NCBI GenBank assembly: GCA_965205265.1
Contig: CBDBGH010000003.1
Coordinates: 1 to 64,000 of the forward strand
DNA length: 64,000 nucleotides
Direction of reading: 5' to 3'
Source of the DNA: Alphaproteobacteria bacterium
Lineage (GTDB): Bacteria > Pseudomonadota > Alphaproteobacteria > Bin95
Shown: piece after piece, positions 9,901-18,609 of the stretch
Layout: each line of letters starts with the position of its first letter
How positions within the stretch are numbered: position 1 is the first letter of the stretch
Made by a program: the position numbers and the translations under genes
Notes under the pieces: model-generated
Told to the model about the DNA's origin: nothing
The model's database searches: none
What the model saw: only the letters and a program-made list of their open reading frames with translations

Positions 9901-12900
9901 TGACGGCCCGGACCTCGAAGCGGTGGACGACGCCGTTGGCGAGTTCCGTCACCATATGGCTCGTCGTCTCCGCTCCGCTGCCGTCGATATCGGTCCAGGT
10001 CCCATAGCTGTCGGTCGTCCTGTAGCGGTATTGCCAGCCGGTAATCGTTGCGTCGCCAGGATCGCTCCATTGCAACGATATCCGCCCGTTGCCCGGCGTG
10101 GCAGCGAAGCCTGTCGGCTTTGCGGGCACGGCGACGGGAGTTACGGCGGCTTCATCAGACTCCGCCCCGCTGCCGCTTGCGTTCAGCGCGCGGAGCTTGA
10201 AGCGGTGGGCGGCGCCGTTGTCGAGGCCGGTGACGGTATGGGCGGTCGTGGTTGCGCCGCTATCCGGAATATCGATCCAGGAGCCGTAGTCGCCCGTAGT
10301 CTTGAGGGCGTATTGCCAGCCGGTAATCGTCACGTCGTCCGGGTCGTCCCAGGCGAGCGCGACCCGCCCGTCGCCCGGCGTGGCAGCGAAGCCCGTCGGC
10401 TTTGCGGGCACGGCGACGGGAGTTGCGGCGGCTTCATCGGACTCCGCCCCGCTGCCGCTGGCATTGACGGCGCGGAGCTTGAAGCGGTGGGCGGCGCCGT
10501 TGTCGAGGCCAGTGACGGTATGGGCGGTGGTGGTTGCGCCGCTGCCTGTAATGTCGGTCCAGCTTCCGTAGCCGCCCGTAGTCTTGAGGGCGTATTGCCA
10601 TCCGGTAATCGTCGCGTCGTCCGGATCGTCCCAGGAGAGCGCAACCCGCCCGTCGCCCGGCGTTGCGGCGAAGCCCGTCGGCTTTGCGGGCACGGCGACG
10701 GGAGTTGCGGCAGCTTCATCGGACTCCGCGCCGCCGCCATGTTCGTTCACGGCGCGGAGCTTGAAGACATGTTCGACGCCGTTCTCAAGCCCGGTTGCCT
10801 TATAGGCGGTCGTCGCCGCATCGCTGCCGGGAATATCGGTCCACTCGCCGAAAGCGCCCGTCGTCCTGACCGCGAATTGCCAGCCCGTGATCGCCGGATC
10901 GCCCGGGCTGTCCCATGCGAGCGTAATCTCGGCGTCGCCGGCCCGGGCGCTAAACCCTGCGGGCGCGGCCGGACGCGGCGACCGGGGCGCGGCGGACCGC
11001 TCCTCGGACTCGTAGCCGTTGGCGGCATTGAACGCACGAATCTTGAAGATGTATGTCGCGCCGTTTTCGAGGCCTGTAACGGTGTGCCGGACGGTCTTTG
11101 CGCCGCTTCCGGGGACATCGTTCCACTGCGCCTTGTATTCGCCGTCCGATTTCCGGCTCTTGAATTGCCAGCCCTGGATGCTGGCATCGCCCGGGTCGTC
11201 CCAGGTCAGCGACACCTCGCTGTCCCCGGACTCGGCCCGGAACCCTGCGGGCTTTGCAGGCACTGCCTCTCGCGGCGTCGCAGCAGCCTCGTCGGACTCC
11301 GCGCCGGTGCCGCTCCCGTTGACCGCGCGAAGCCTGAAAGTATAGGCCGTGTTGTTGGAAAGGCCGGTCACCGTATGGCGGACCGTCGAGGGGCCGCTGC
11401 CGGGCATGTCTTTCCACGCGCCGTAGGGTCCTGTTGTCCTGAAGCTGTATTGCCAGCCGGAGATGGTGCTGTCGCCCGGGTCGGTCCAGAGCAGCCTTGC
11501 CTGCGTATTGCCCGCCTCCGCCCGAAGCCCGGACGGCTTTTCAGGGACCGGCTGCGGCGTGGCGGAAACGGAATCGGACTCCTCGCCGCCGCCGCTGGCA
11601 TTGACCGCACGGATTTTGAAAGCGTGCTCCACGCCGTTGGCAAGGTCGGTAACGGAATGGCCGGTGGTAGCCCTGTGACTGCCCTCGATGTCTTTCCAGG
11701 CGCCGTAATTTCCCGAGGTCCTGAACGAATACTGCCAGCCGGTAATCGTGGAATTCAGCGGGTCGTTCCAGGCCAGGGCGACCAGCGCATCTCCCGCCTT
11801 TGCGGTGAATCCCGAAGGTTTGGCCGGACGGGACAGGGGCGTCGAAGAGGCTTCTTCGGATTCAGCGCCGGGGCCGACATCGTTTACGGCCCGGATCTTG
11901 AATGTATGTGCGGTCCCGTTCGCCAGTCCGGATACGACATGACGCGTTGTCGCGGCGCTGCTGCCCGAAATGTCGGTCCAGTTCCCGTAGCCGCCTGTCG
12001 TGCGGTAGGCGTATTGCCATTTCACGATCGAGGCATCCGATGGATCGGTCCACGAAAGCGCAACCTGCCGGTCGCCTGCAAGCGCGGTAAATCCGACCGG
12101 CTTCTCCGGCGCCCTCGCCATGGGCGTCGCCGAAACTTCGTCGGATTCGGCGCCCGCTCCGATGTCGTTCACGGCCCGGATTTTGAAAGTATGAGCCGTG
12201 TCGTTTGCGAGCATGGCAACGATGTGCCGCACGGTTGCCGCGCCGCTTCCTGCCATGTCGGTCCAATCGCCGTAGCCGCCGGTCGTCTTGTAAGCGAATT
12301 GCCATTTCGAGATCGTTTCGTTTTCCGGATCGGTCCAGGTCAATATTGCCTTTCGATTGCCGGACTCGACCGAGAAACCCGTCGGCTTTCCGGGCGCCGT
12401 CGGCATGGGCGTTGCGGACCTTTCGTCCGACCGCCGCCCGGTTCCGGCGCCGTTGAACGCCTGAATCTGAAACACATATCCGGTGCCGTTTTCGAGGCCG
12501 CGGACGGTATGGGTCGTCGTGTCGGCACCGGAACCGGGAACGGCCGTCCAGCTCCCGTAGCGCCCGCCCGCCTCCTTCCGGCGGAATTCCCAGCCCTGTA
12601 TGCTGATATCGTCCGCATGGTCCCACATGAGCACGACTTTCCGGTCTCCCGGAAGCGCCTGAAATCCGGCCGGTTTCGCCGGAAAGGCCGGGTAAGGCTC
12701 CCCGGTCGCCTCATCGGATTCGCGGCCGGGACCGGTATCGTTGACGGCCCTGATCTTGAACCTGTAGGTCCGGTTGTTCGCAAGACCGGTGACCGTGTAG
12801 CGCCTTGTAGCGGATTCGCTTCCCGGCATGTCCGCCCAATCGGAATAGGAACCGGCGCTCAGCTTCCAGGCATATTGCCAATGCGTAATCGTCGGGTCGC

Positions 12901-13117
12901 TCGGGCCCGACCACCGCAGGCGCACCTGGGTGTTGCCGTCTTCGGCTGTGAGCCCGGTGGGCTCTGCGGGTGTGGACTGTGCGCAGCAGCGGTCCGCCGA
13001 TACGGCCGCAGCGCCGACCAGCAGCACCGCGACGGACAGCCAGCGGCGACATCGCGGTATTGCAGGCCGTTGCGCCTCCGCAAGCGGAGCCGTCGCGCGG
13101 GCCGGCTTGGAAAGCAA
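6980..13117 (-). CDS. Large surface protein: signal peptide, 16 fibronectin type III repeats, autotransporter-like beta-barrel
   Basis: 16 units of PxKPxGfxAxxGxxxVxLxW...WQY...W...VTGLxNGxxYxFxIRAVN; C-terminal amphipathic strands ending LQFRF; start codon uncertain. Confidence 0.85.
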   Translation of the reverse strand: MLSKPARATAPLAEAQRPAIPRCRRWLSVAVLLVGAAAVSADRCCAQSTPAEPTGLTAEDGNTQVRLRWSGPSDPTITHWQYAWKLSAGSYSDWADMPGSESATRRYTVTGLANNRTYRFKIRAVNDTGPGRESDEATGEPYPAFPAKPAGFQALPGDRKVVLMWDHADDISIQGWEFRRKEAGGRYGSWTAVPGSGADTTTHTVRGLENGTGYVFQIQAFNGAGTGRRSDERSATPMPTAPGKPTGFSVESGNRKAILTWTDPENETISKWQFAYKTTGGYGDWTDMAGSGAATVRHIVAMLANDTAHTFKIRAVNDIGAGAESDEVSATPMARAPEKPVGFTALAGDRQVALSWTDPSDASIVKWQYAYRTTGGYGNWTDISGSSAATTRHVVSGLANGTAHTFKIRAVNDVGPGAESEEASSTPLSRPAKPSGFTAKAGDALVALAWNDPLNSTITGWQYSFRTSGNYGAWKDIEGSHRATTGHSVTDLANGVEHAFKIRAVNASGGGEESDSVSATPQPVPEKPSGLRAEAGNTQARLLWTDPGDSTISGWQYSFRTTGPYGAWKDMPGSGPSTVRHTVTGLSNNTAYTFRLRAVNGSGTGAESDEAAATPREAVPAKPAGFRAESGDSEVSLTWDDPGDASIQGWQFKSRKSDGEYKAQWNDVPGSGAKTVRHTVTGLENGATYIFKIRAFNAANGYESEERSAAPRSPRPAAPAGFSARAGDAEITLAWDSPGDPAITGWQFAVRTTGAFGEWTDIPGSDAATTAYKATGLENGVEHVFKLRAVNEHGGGAESDEAAATPVAVPAKPTGFAATPGDGRVALSWDDPDDATITGWQYALKTTGGYGSWTDITGSGATTTAHTVTGLDNGAAHRFKLRAVNASGSGAESDEAAATPVAVPAKPTGFAATPGDGRVALAWDDPDDVTITGWQYALKTTGDYGSWIDIPDSGATTTAHTVTGLDNGAAHRFKLRALNASGSGAESDEAAVTPVAVPAKPTGFAATPGNGRISLQWSDPGDATITGWQYRYRTTDSYGTWTDIDGSGAETTSHMVTELANGVVHRFEVRAVNGSGPGAPSGETAATPLAVPAKPAGLTATPGSGEVVLEWNDPADATITGWQYNQRPENGEYEADWTAILGSTATTVRHTVTGLETGASYRFKLRADNASGPGAESDEIAATLPPVPVKPAGLTAAAGDGTILLEWTALGDATVAGWQYRYRTTSGYGDWTDIDGSGATTTSHGIVGLENGAPHTFRIRAVNSSGPGLESDEAEATPFAVPAKPTGFTATAGNGEVLLEWDDPGDDTISGYQYTRRKDDGDFEEDWTHIPLPVSRSGRMRYPVGGLENGVSYAFKLRAVNTSGVSEESAVAVASPEEVPEKPTNFTATAGDGQVALRWQSPENPIVGWQHRYKIEGGEFGGWIDMPQTGGDDGFTGHTVTRLTNGVTYFFQVRATNTHGPGPPSETAMATPEPAKPKKPTGLKAIPGYGQVLLTWDAARDPNIRWQYACWLDGKDICSPRIDDSPMENISDPCRRPPWIDVSGSSAATTRHTVPGLVNGVAHAFQVRTVAGDKCSDGSNVAYATPKAAATQAERTTVEALMAGLAGHVAAGAEIVVGERFSADPEAAQVVLAGHEIPLFAPARNETAQRPAAAGRQAITVGMDARETLRKSAFQIPLTDPADDGLPQWSLWHRGELRRFEGSAGPGARFGGRLSSTWFGLDMRLGKRWLFGAALARSEGDLEYGTGAASGAVETALDSVHPYLQWHFEDGRTVWITLGGGQGTIRNAAAGRGVETADAELATVSAGFRSALPAFGGLELSAAGAAGFARLEAKGDARTAIGSLSASTDRQSLGVKAALEEGEAAYYTSLSLRRSGGDGVRGLGLELSGGARSPLPASSGHADIRLRGLVWHSGREYREFGLTATVRQPADPDRGGPSWSLAGAYGALAGGSGKPERLWSRNAPKRGGRALPALDLKAGWRFVLRRSLFEPYAALSLAGANDRKLTLGLDMGPLAGPVLRLAAERRTPRTGGPESRISAALQFRF

Positions 13118-13548
13118 GCGCAGGTCCCCCTTGCATGCTGAAGCATGGCGGCCTCGTCAGCGAGGTCGCTCCCCCGCAAGGGATTCCATCGTCGAGCAAA
13201 GATGATGTAAATAAACCGCTGTTTATATCCAAGGAACCAATATTGCATATCTAGGATTATTTTCAGAGAAAGCAATGGCGCCGGAAAATTCTCGAGATAC
13301 TGACGTTAAGGAAGGCGGCAGGCCGGGTATCCGGCACTGGCGGCGCTGTCTGTTTCATCGCGAAAGTACAGCAGGGCAGGAACGAAAGAACAGGCAAGGA
13401 AAATGACAAATAGCGCGATTTGACCGGGAGCGACCTCGAAGCCGCGCCTGCAGACGGAAGCATGGGACGGCGCGGCAGCACGCGCGGCATGTGCGGGATG
13501 GTGCCGGCGGAGCGAAATGCAACCCGCGCCGCCGACAGCAAATAGGGG

Positions 13549-14304
13549 TCAGCCGCCGCAGGCGGGGCAGCCGGCGCGTCGTTTGAAGCGGACCATGCGC
13601 GTCGAAGCAGTGAGTGCATCGTAGAGCAGCAGACGCCCGGAGAGGCCGTCGCCGATGCCGATCAGTTCCTTCAACGCCTCGACCGCCATGAGCGTGCCGA
13701 CGACGCCAGCGACCGCGCCGAGGATGCCGGCTTCCGAGCAGGCCGGCACCGCGCCCGGCGGCGGCGGCTCCGGGAACAGGCAGCGGTAGCAGGGATGCTC
13801 CGGCCCGGCATGGGGCTTGAAGGTGGAGACCTGGCCGTCGAAGCGCAGCACCGCGCCCGAGACGAGCGTCCGCCCGGCGGCTATGGCGGCGTCGTTGACG
13901 AGGTAGCGGGTGGCGAAGTTGTCGCTGCCGTCGAGGATGAGGTCGTAGTCGCGGAAGAACCGGGCGGCATTGGCCCCGGTCAGCCGCTCATTGTGGGTCT
14001 CGACGCCGATGGCGGGGTCGAGCGCCCGGATGGCGGCGGCGGCGCTCTCGGCCTTGGGCCGGCCGATGCGGTCCGTGCTGTGGACCACCTGGCGCTGAAG
14101 GTTGGATACATCGACATCGTCGTCGTCGATGATGCCGAGCGTGCCGACTCCGGCGGCGGCGAGATAGAGCAGGACCGGCGCGCCGAGGCCGCCTGCGCCA
14201 ACCGCCAGCACGCGCGAGGCCAGCAGCTTCTGCTGTCCCGCGCCGCCCACCTCCGGCAGGATCAGGTGGCGGGCATAACGGTCGAGCTGTGCGTCGGTCA
14301 GCAT
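13549..14304 (-). CDS. moeB: Molybdopterin-synthase adenylyltransferase MoeB/ThiF
   Basis: RYARHLIL, GAGGLG, SNLQRQ, DGSDNFATRY, PCYRCLFP, terminal CPAC. Confidence 0.9.
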   Translation of the reverse strand: MLTDAQLDRYARHLILPEVGGAGQQKLLASRVLAVGAGGLGAPVLLYLAAAGVGTLGIIDDDDVDVSNLQRQVVHSTDRIGRPKAESAAAAIRALDPAIGVETHNERLTGANAARFFRDYDLILDGSDNFATRYLVNDAAIAAGRTLVSGAVLRFDGQVSTFKPHAGPEHPCYRCLFPEPPPPGAVPACSEAGILGAVAGVVGTLMAVEALKELIGIGDGLSGRLLLYDALTASTRMVRFKRRAGCPACGG

Positions 14305-14315
14305 GGCGGCGCGCT

Positions 14316-15560
14316 CTAGAACCGCCCGATGCTGTAGGGAGCAAGGTCGATCGCGGGCGGGCGGCCGGCGGCCAGGTCGGCGATATACCGGCCGCTGATC
14401 GGCCCGGCCGTCAGCCCCAGATGGCCGTGGCCGAAGCCGTACCAGACGTTCCGGTGCAGCCGGGAGGCGCCGAGCACCGGCAGCGAGTCCGGCGTGGCGG
14501 GCCGGTTGCCCATCCAGGGCGAGCCATCCGAGGCGTCGATGTCCCGGAATGCCTTCTGCGCATGCGCCCGGAGCGGCTCGATGCGTTTCCACTCGGGCGG
14601 TGCGTCGAGGCCGGCGAATTCGGCCGTGCCGGCGAGCCGGAGGCCCATTTCCATCGGCGTCGCCATGAATTTCCGGTCGTAGAAGGAGATCGGGCGGCGC
14701 GTCTCGACGCCGGGGTCCGGCAGGGTCAGGTGGTAGCCGCGCTCGGATTCGAGCACCGCCTTTTCGCCCAGCATGTCGGCCAGGCCCGCCGACCAGGCCC
14801 CGGCCGCGACGACGAAACCGTCCGCCGCCACCGGGCCCTTGTCGGTGCGGGCTGCAATCAGCCGGTTGTCGTCGAAATCGAAGCCGGTGACGCGCGCCGC
14901 CAGCACTCGGCCGCCCCTGCGCGCGAAGGCTTCCGCCAGGCCGGCGGTGAGCGCGCCCGGATTGATCGTATGCGCGCCCTTCGGAAAGAAGGTTGCGTGC
15001 GGGAAGATCGGCGCCAGCCCCGGTTCGAGCTGGCGGAGTTCGTCGCCGGAGAGCTCCTCGACCTCGAAGCCGCGCTTCCGCTGGCCCTCCCGGTCGCCCA
15101 CAGCAGCCCTGAAGGACCGCTCGCTCTCATAGACGGTGAGCGTCCCGTTCTGGCGGATGAGGCCGGTCGTGCCCGCCTCGGCGGCAAGGTCCTTGTGCGC
15201 GTCGAGGGCCAGGCGGTGGAGCGCGGCCATGGCGTCCATCTGCCGGCGCATCGGCTCGGGCCGGCCGGCGCGCACGAAGCGGATGAGCCAGGGCAGGAAG
15301 TCCGGCAGGTGGCGCCAGCGGATGAAGAGCGGCCCCATCGGGTCCAGCAGCCAGCGCGGCGCCTTGAACATGAGGCCGGGGCCGGTCTGCGGCAGGCAGG
15401 AGTGGGAGCTTATCGCGCCGGCATTGCCGAAGGAGGTCATCGTGCCCGGCGGCTCCGGGTCGATCAATGTCACCTCATGCCCGTCGCGGCGCAGATAGCA
15501 GGCCGTCGCCGTGCCGACGATCCCGGCCCCGATCACTGCAATATGCCGCGCCCCGCTCAT
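14316..15560 (-). CDS. FAD-dependent D-amino acid dehydrogenase-like oxidoreductase
   Basis: IAVIGAGIVG, TSFGNAG, ERGYH, WMGNRPATPDSLPVLG, GHGHLGLT. Confidence 0.85.
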   Translation of the reverse strand: MSGARHIAVIGAGIVGTATACYLRRDGHEVTLIDPEPPGTMTSFGNAGAISSHSCLPQTGPGLMFKAPRWLLDPMGPLFIRWRHLPDFLPWLIRFVRAGRPEPMRRQMDAMAALHRLALDAHKDLAAEAGTTGLIRQNGTLTVYESERSFRAAVGDREGQRKRGFEVEELSGDELRQLEPGLAPIFPHATFFPKGAHTINPGALTAGLAEAFARRGGRVLAARVTGFDFDDNRLIAARTDKGPVAADGFVVAAGAWSAGLADMLGEKAVLESERGYHLTLPDPGVETRRPISFYDRKFMATPMEMGLRLAGTAEFAGLDAPPEWKRIEPLRAHAQKAFRDIDASDGSPWMGNRPATPDSLPVLGASRLHRNVWYGFGHGHLGLTAGPISGRYIADLAAGRPPAIDLAPYSIGRF

Positions 15561-15659
15561 GGCCCGGCATATAGCATGGACCCTGCCGGAGCGGCAGGCG
15601 GTTTGGTCCGGGGCGGAAACGCTCTAATGTCTGCGCCCAAGGCAAGGAGGCGGAGTGCC

Positions 15660-16847
15660 ATGAGCGGGCCGTTGTCGGGGTTTCGGGTGGTCGATCTCAC
15701 CAATGTGATTTCGGGGCCGATGGCGACGCAGATACTCGGCGACCAGGGCGCCGACATCGTCAAGGTCGAAGCGCGGGGCGGGGACCTGACGCGCGGCGGC
15801 GGCAACCGGCAGGGCGGGCTCTCGGCGGCGTTCCTGAACAACAACCGCAACAAGCGCTCCATCGTGCTGGATCTGAAACGGCCCGAGGGCGTGGCGCTGC
15901 TGAAGCGCCTCGCCGCGACGGCGGACGTGTTCATCCAGAACTTCCGCCCGGGCGTGGTGGAGCGGCTCGGCGTCGGCGAGGCGGATATCCGCGCCGTCAG
16001 GCCGGACATCGTCTATGTCTCGCTCAGCGGCTTCGGCGAAAAGGGGCCGTTCGCCTCCAAGCCCACCTACGACCCCATCGTGCAGGCGATCTCGGGACTC
16101 ACCACCGTGCAGGCGGGCTCCGACGAGGAGCGGCCGAGGCTGGTGCGCACCATCCTGCCGGACAAGGTGACGGCGCTCACCGCCGCCCAGGCGGTGACGG
16201 CCGCGCTGCTGCACCGCGCGGCGACCGGCGAAGGCCAGCATGTCCGCGTCTCGATGCTCGATTCTGTCGTCGCCTTCCTCTGGAACTCGGACATGGGCTC
16301 GCAGACCTTTGTGGACGCGCCAACCTCGATCCAGCGGGCGGCAAGCTTCATCGACCTCATCTACGAGACGGCCGACGGCTTTATGAGCGTCTCGCTGATG
16401 ACCGACCGGCAATGGCTGGGCTTCTGCGAGGTCTCCGGGCGCGAAGACCTGGCGAAGGACCCGCGCTTCGCCACCGGGGCGCTGCGCGACGAGAATATCG
16501 ACGCGCGCCTGGAGCAGGTGCAGGAGGAGTTGCGCAAGCGAACCACAGCGGAGTGGACCGCCGCTTTCGACGCCGCGCATGTGCCGTCCGCGCCGGTGTT
16601 GACCCGCAGCCAGATGGTCCGGCACCCGCAGGTCGCCGCCAACGGCACGCTTACGGAATACGACCATCCGCTCGCCGGGCGTCTCCGGCAGGCGAGGCCC
16701 GCCATCCGCTTCGAGGGTTCGCCCTCGAGCATCAGACGCGGCGGTTCCGAACTCGGCGCCGACACCCGCGAGGTGCTGGCCGAAGCCGGCATTGCCGAGG
16801 ACGAGATCGACGCAGCCATCGCCAGCGGCGCGGCGGGCGTATCGTGA
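15660..16847 (+). CDS. CaiB/BaiF family III CoA-transferase
   Basis: GPLSGFRVVDLT, LGDQGADIVKVE, NRNKRSIVLDLK, NFRPGV, SGFG..GP, YD. Confidence 0.9.
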   Translation: MSGPLSGFRVVDLTNVISGPMATQILGDQGADIVKVEARGGDLTRGGGNRQGGLSAAFLNNNRNKRSIVLDLKRPEGVALLKRLAATADVFIQNFRPGVVERLGVGEADIRAVRPDIVYVSLSGFGEKGPFASKPTYDPIVQAISGLTTVQAGSDEERPRLVRTILPDKVTALTAAQAVTAALLHRAATGEGQHVRVSMLDSVVAFLWNSDMGSQTFVDAPTSIQRAASFIDLIYETADGFMSVSLMTDRQWLGFCEVSGREDLAKDPRFATGALRDENIDARLEQVQEELRKRTTAEWTAAFDAAHVPSAPVLTRSQMVRHPQVAANGTLTEYDHPLAGRLRQARPAIRFEGSPSSIRRGGSELGADTREVLAEAGIAEDEIDAAIASGAAGVS

Positions 16848-16868
16848 TGCGGTGAGGGCAGAGCGTCG

Positions 16869-17849
16869 ATGTCGATTCCGGTTATCGATATCGCTCCCTT
16901 TCTTCGGGGCGGGGCCGGGGACAAACGGTGGGTCGCCCGCGACATCGCGGCGGCATGCAAGGACTCCGGTTTCTTCTGCATCACCGGCCACGGCGTGCCC
17001 GAGGACCTTGTCGTCCGCACGCGGCAGGCCGCGGTCGATTTCTTCGCGCGGCCGCTCGACGAAAAGCGCCTGATCCTGCGGCCGGAGAGCCGGGTCGGGC
17101 GCGGATATTACCCGTTCGCCGACCGCTCGCTCGCCTACACGCTGGGCGAGGAGACGCCGCCCGACCTCCAGGAAGCCTTCGCGATGGGGCCTCCCGATGT
17201 GCCGGATGACGACTACTACCGGGGCGAAATCGCAGAGTATTTCTTCGCGGAAAACCGCTATCCCGCTCGGCCCGAGGGCTTCCGGGAGACGGTGGACGAC
17301 TATTTCCGCGCGCTGCTGGCGCTTTGCGACCGGCTCATGGGGGCCATGGCGCTGGCGCTCGGGCTTGAGGAGGACTTTTTCGCCGCCAGGATCGACCGGC
17401 CTGCCTGCGGCCTCAGGCTCATCCGCTATCCGGCGCAGGCCGCCGCTCCCGAGAGGCGGCAGCTCCGCGCCGGCGCGCACACCGATTACGGCACGCTGAC
17501 GGTCCTGCGCGGCGACGACGTGCCGGGAACGCTGCAGGTGAAGCTGCCGCGCGGCGGCTGGACAGACCTGCGCCCGCCGGCTGACGCCTTCGTGTGCAAT
17601 CTGGGCGACGCGATGGCGCGCTGGACCGGCGGGCGCTGGGCCTCGACCCTGCACCGGGTGGCGAACCCGCCCGCTGGAGTTCCGCAACGCGACCGCATCT
17701 CGCTGGTCTTCTTCCACCAGCCCAACTACGACGCGCTGCTCAACGGCATCTTCGAGGACGCCGCAGACGCGGTGACGCTCGCCGAGCACTTCATCGAGAA
17801 GATACATCTTGCCGCCGGTGCCGGTCGGCTGCAGACGCCGGGCGAATAG
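16869..17849 (+). CDS. 2OG-Fe(II) oxygenase, isopenicillin N synthase family
   Basis: IPVIDI, GFFCITGHGV, HTDYG, NLGD...WT...STLHRV, RISLVFF. Confidence 0.9.
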   Translation: MSIPVIDIAPFLRGGAGDKRWVARDIAAACKDSGFFCITGHGVPEDLVVRTRQAAVDFFARPLDEKRLILRPESRVGRGYYPFADRSLAYTLGEETPPDLQEAFAMGPPDVPDDDYYRGEIAEYFFAENRYPARPEGFRETVDDYFRALLALCDRLMGAMALALGLEEDFFAARIDRPACGLRLIRYPAQAAAPERRQLRAGAHTDYGTLTVLRGDDVPGTLQVKLPRGGWTDLRPPADAFVCNLGDAMARWTGGRWASTLHRVANPPAGVPQRDRISLVFFHQPNYDALLNGIFEDAADAVTLAEHFIEKIHLAAGAGRLQTPGE

Positions 17850-17886
17850 CGCCGAACGGCCCCGCCGGTGCGGCCTGCGCTCCGGC

Positions 17887-18516
17887 TCACTTGTTGCCGT
17901 AGAGCCTGTCGCCGGCGTCTCCGAGGCCCGGCACGATATAGCCGTGGTCGTCGAGCCGCTCATCGATCGCGGCGGTGAAAACCGCCACTTCGGGGTGGGC
18001 GGCGTGGAACGCCTCGATGCCCTCCGGGGCCGCCAGCAGGCACAACATCTTGATGTCGCGCGCCTTCGCTTCCTTGAGCCTGGAGACGGCCGCCGCCGCC
18101 GAGTTCCCCGTCGCCAGCATGGGGTCGAGAACGATCACGGGGCGGTCGCCCAGGTCCTCCGGCACCTTGAAGTAGTATTCCACGGCCACCAGCGTTTCCG
18201 GGTCCCGGTAGAGCCCCACATGCCCGACGCGCGCCGACGGGATGAGGTCGAGCAGCCCTTCCAGCAGCCCGTTTCCGGCTCTCAGTATGGAGATAAGGAC
18301 GAGCTTCTTGCCGGTCAGGAACGGCGCGCCTGTCTCCGCGAGCGGCGTCCGGATGCTGCGCGTCTCGGTTGCGAGGTCGCGGGTGACCTCATAGCCGAGC
18401 AGCAGCGAGATCTCGCGCAGCAAAACCCGGAACTTGGCGGTGTCGGTGTCCTTCCGCCGCATGAGGGACAGCTTGTGCTGCACCAGCGGATGATCGACGA
18501 CCGTGACATTGTCCAT
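17887..18516 (-). CDS. upp: Uracil phosphoribosyltransferase
   Basis: [35 protein letters not shown]. Confidence 0.95.
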   Translation of the reverse strand: MDNVTVVDHPLVQHKLSLMRRKDTDTAKFRVLLREISLLLGYEVTRDLATETRSIRTPLAETGAPFLTGKKLVLISILRAGNGLLEGLLDLIPSARVGHVGLYRDPETLVAVEYYFKVPEDLGDRPVIVLDPMLATGNSAAAAVSRLKEAKARDIKMLCLLAAPEGIEAFHAAHPEVAVFTAAIDERLDDHGYIVPGLGDAGDRLYGNK

Positions 18517-18609
18517 TCGGTGAAATCCTCTCGCGAATCCGAAGTCGGAAGACCGTGCTGTCCGGCGGCCCGACAAGGCTCTATCAAGCCCGGCTTCGTG
18601 ACAAGACGC

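Noticed and set aside
10100-10960. Diversity-generating retroelement template/variable repeats in the FN3 gene
   Set aside because: In-frame tandem domain repeats with no evident adenine-specific variation, and no reverse transcriptase in the window.
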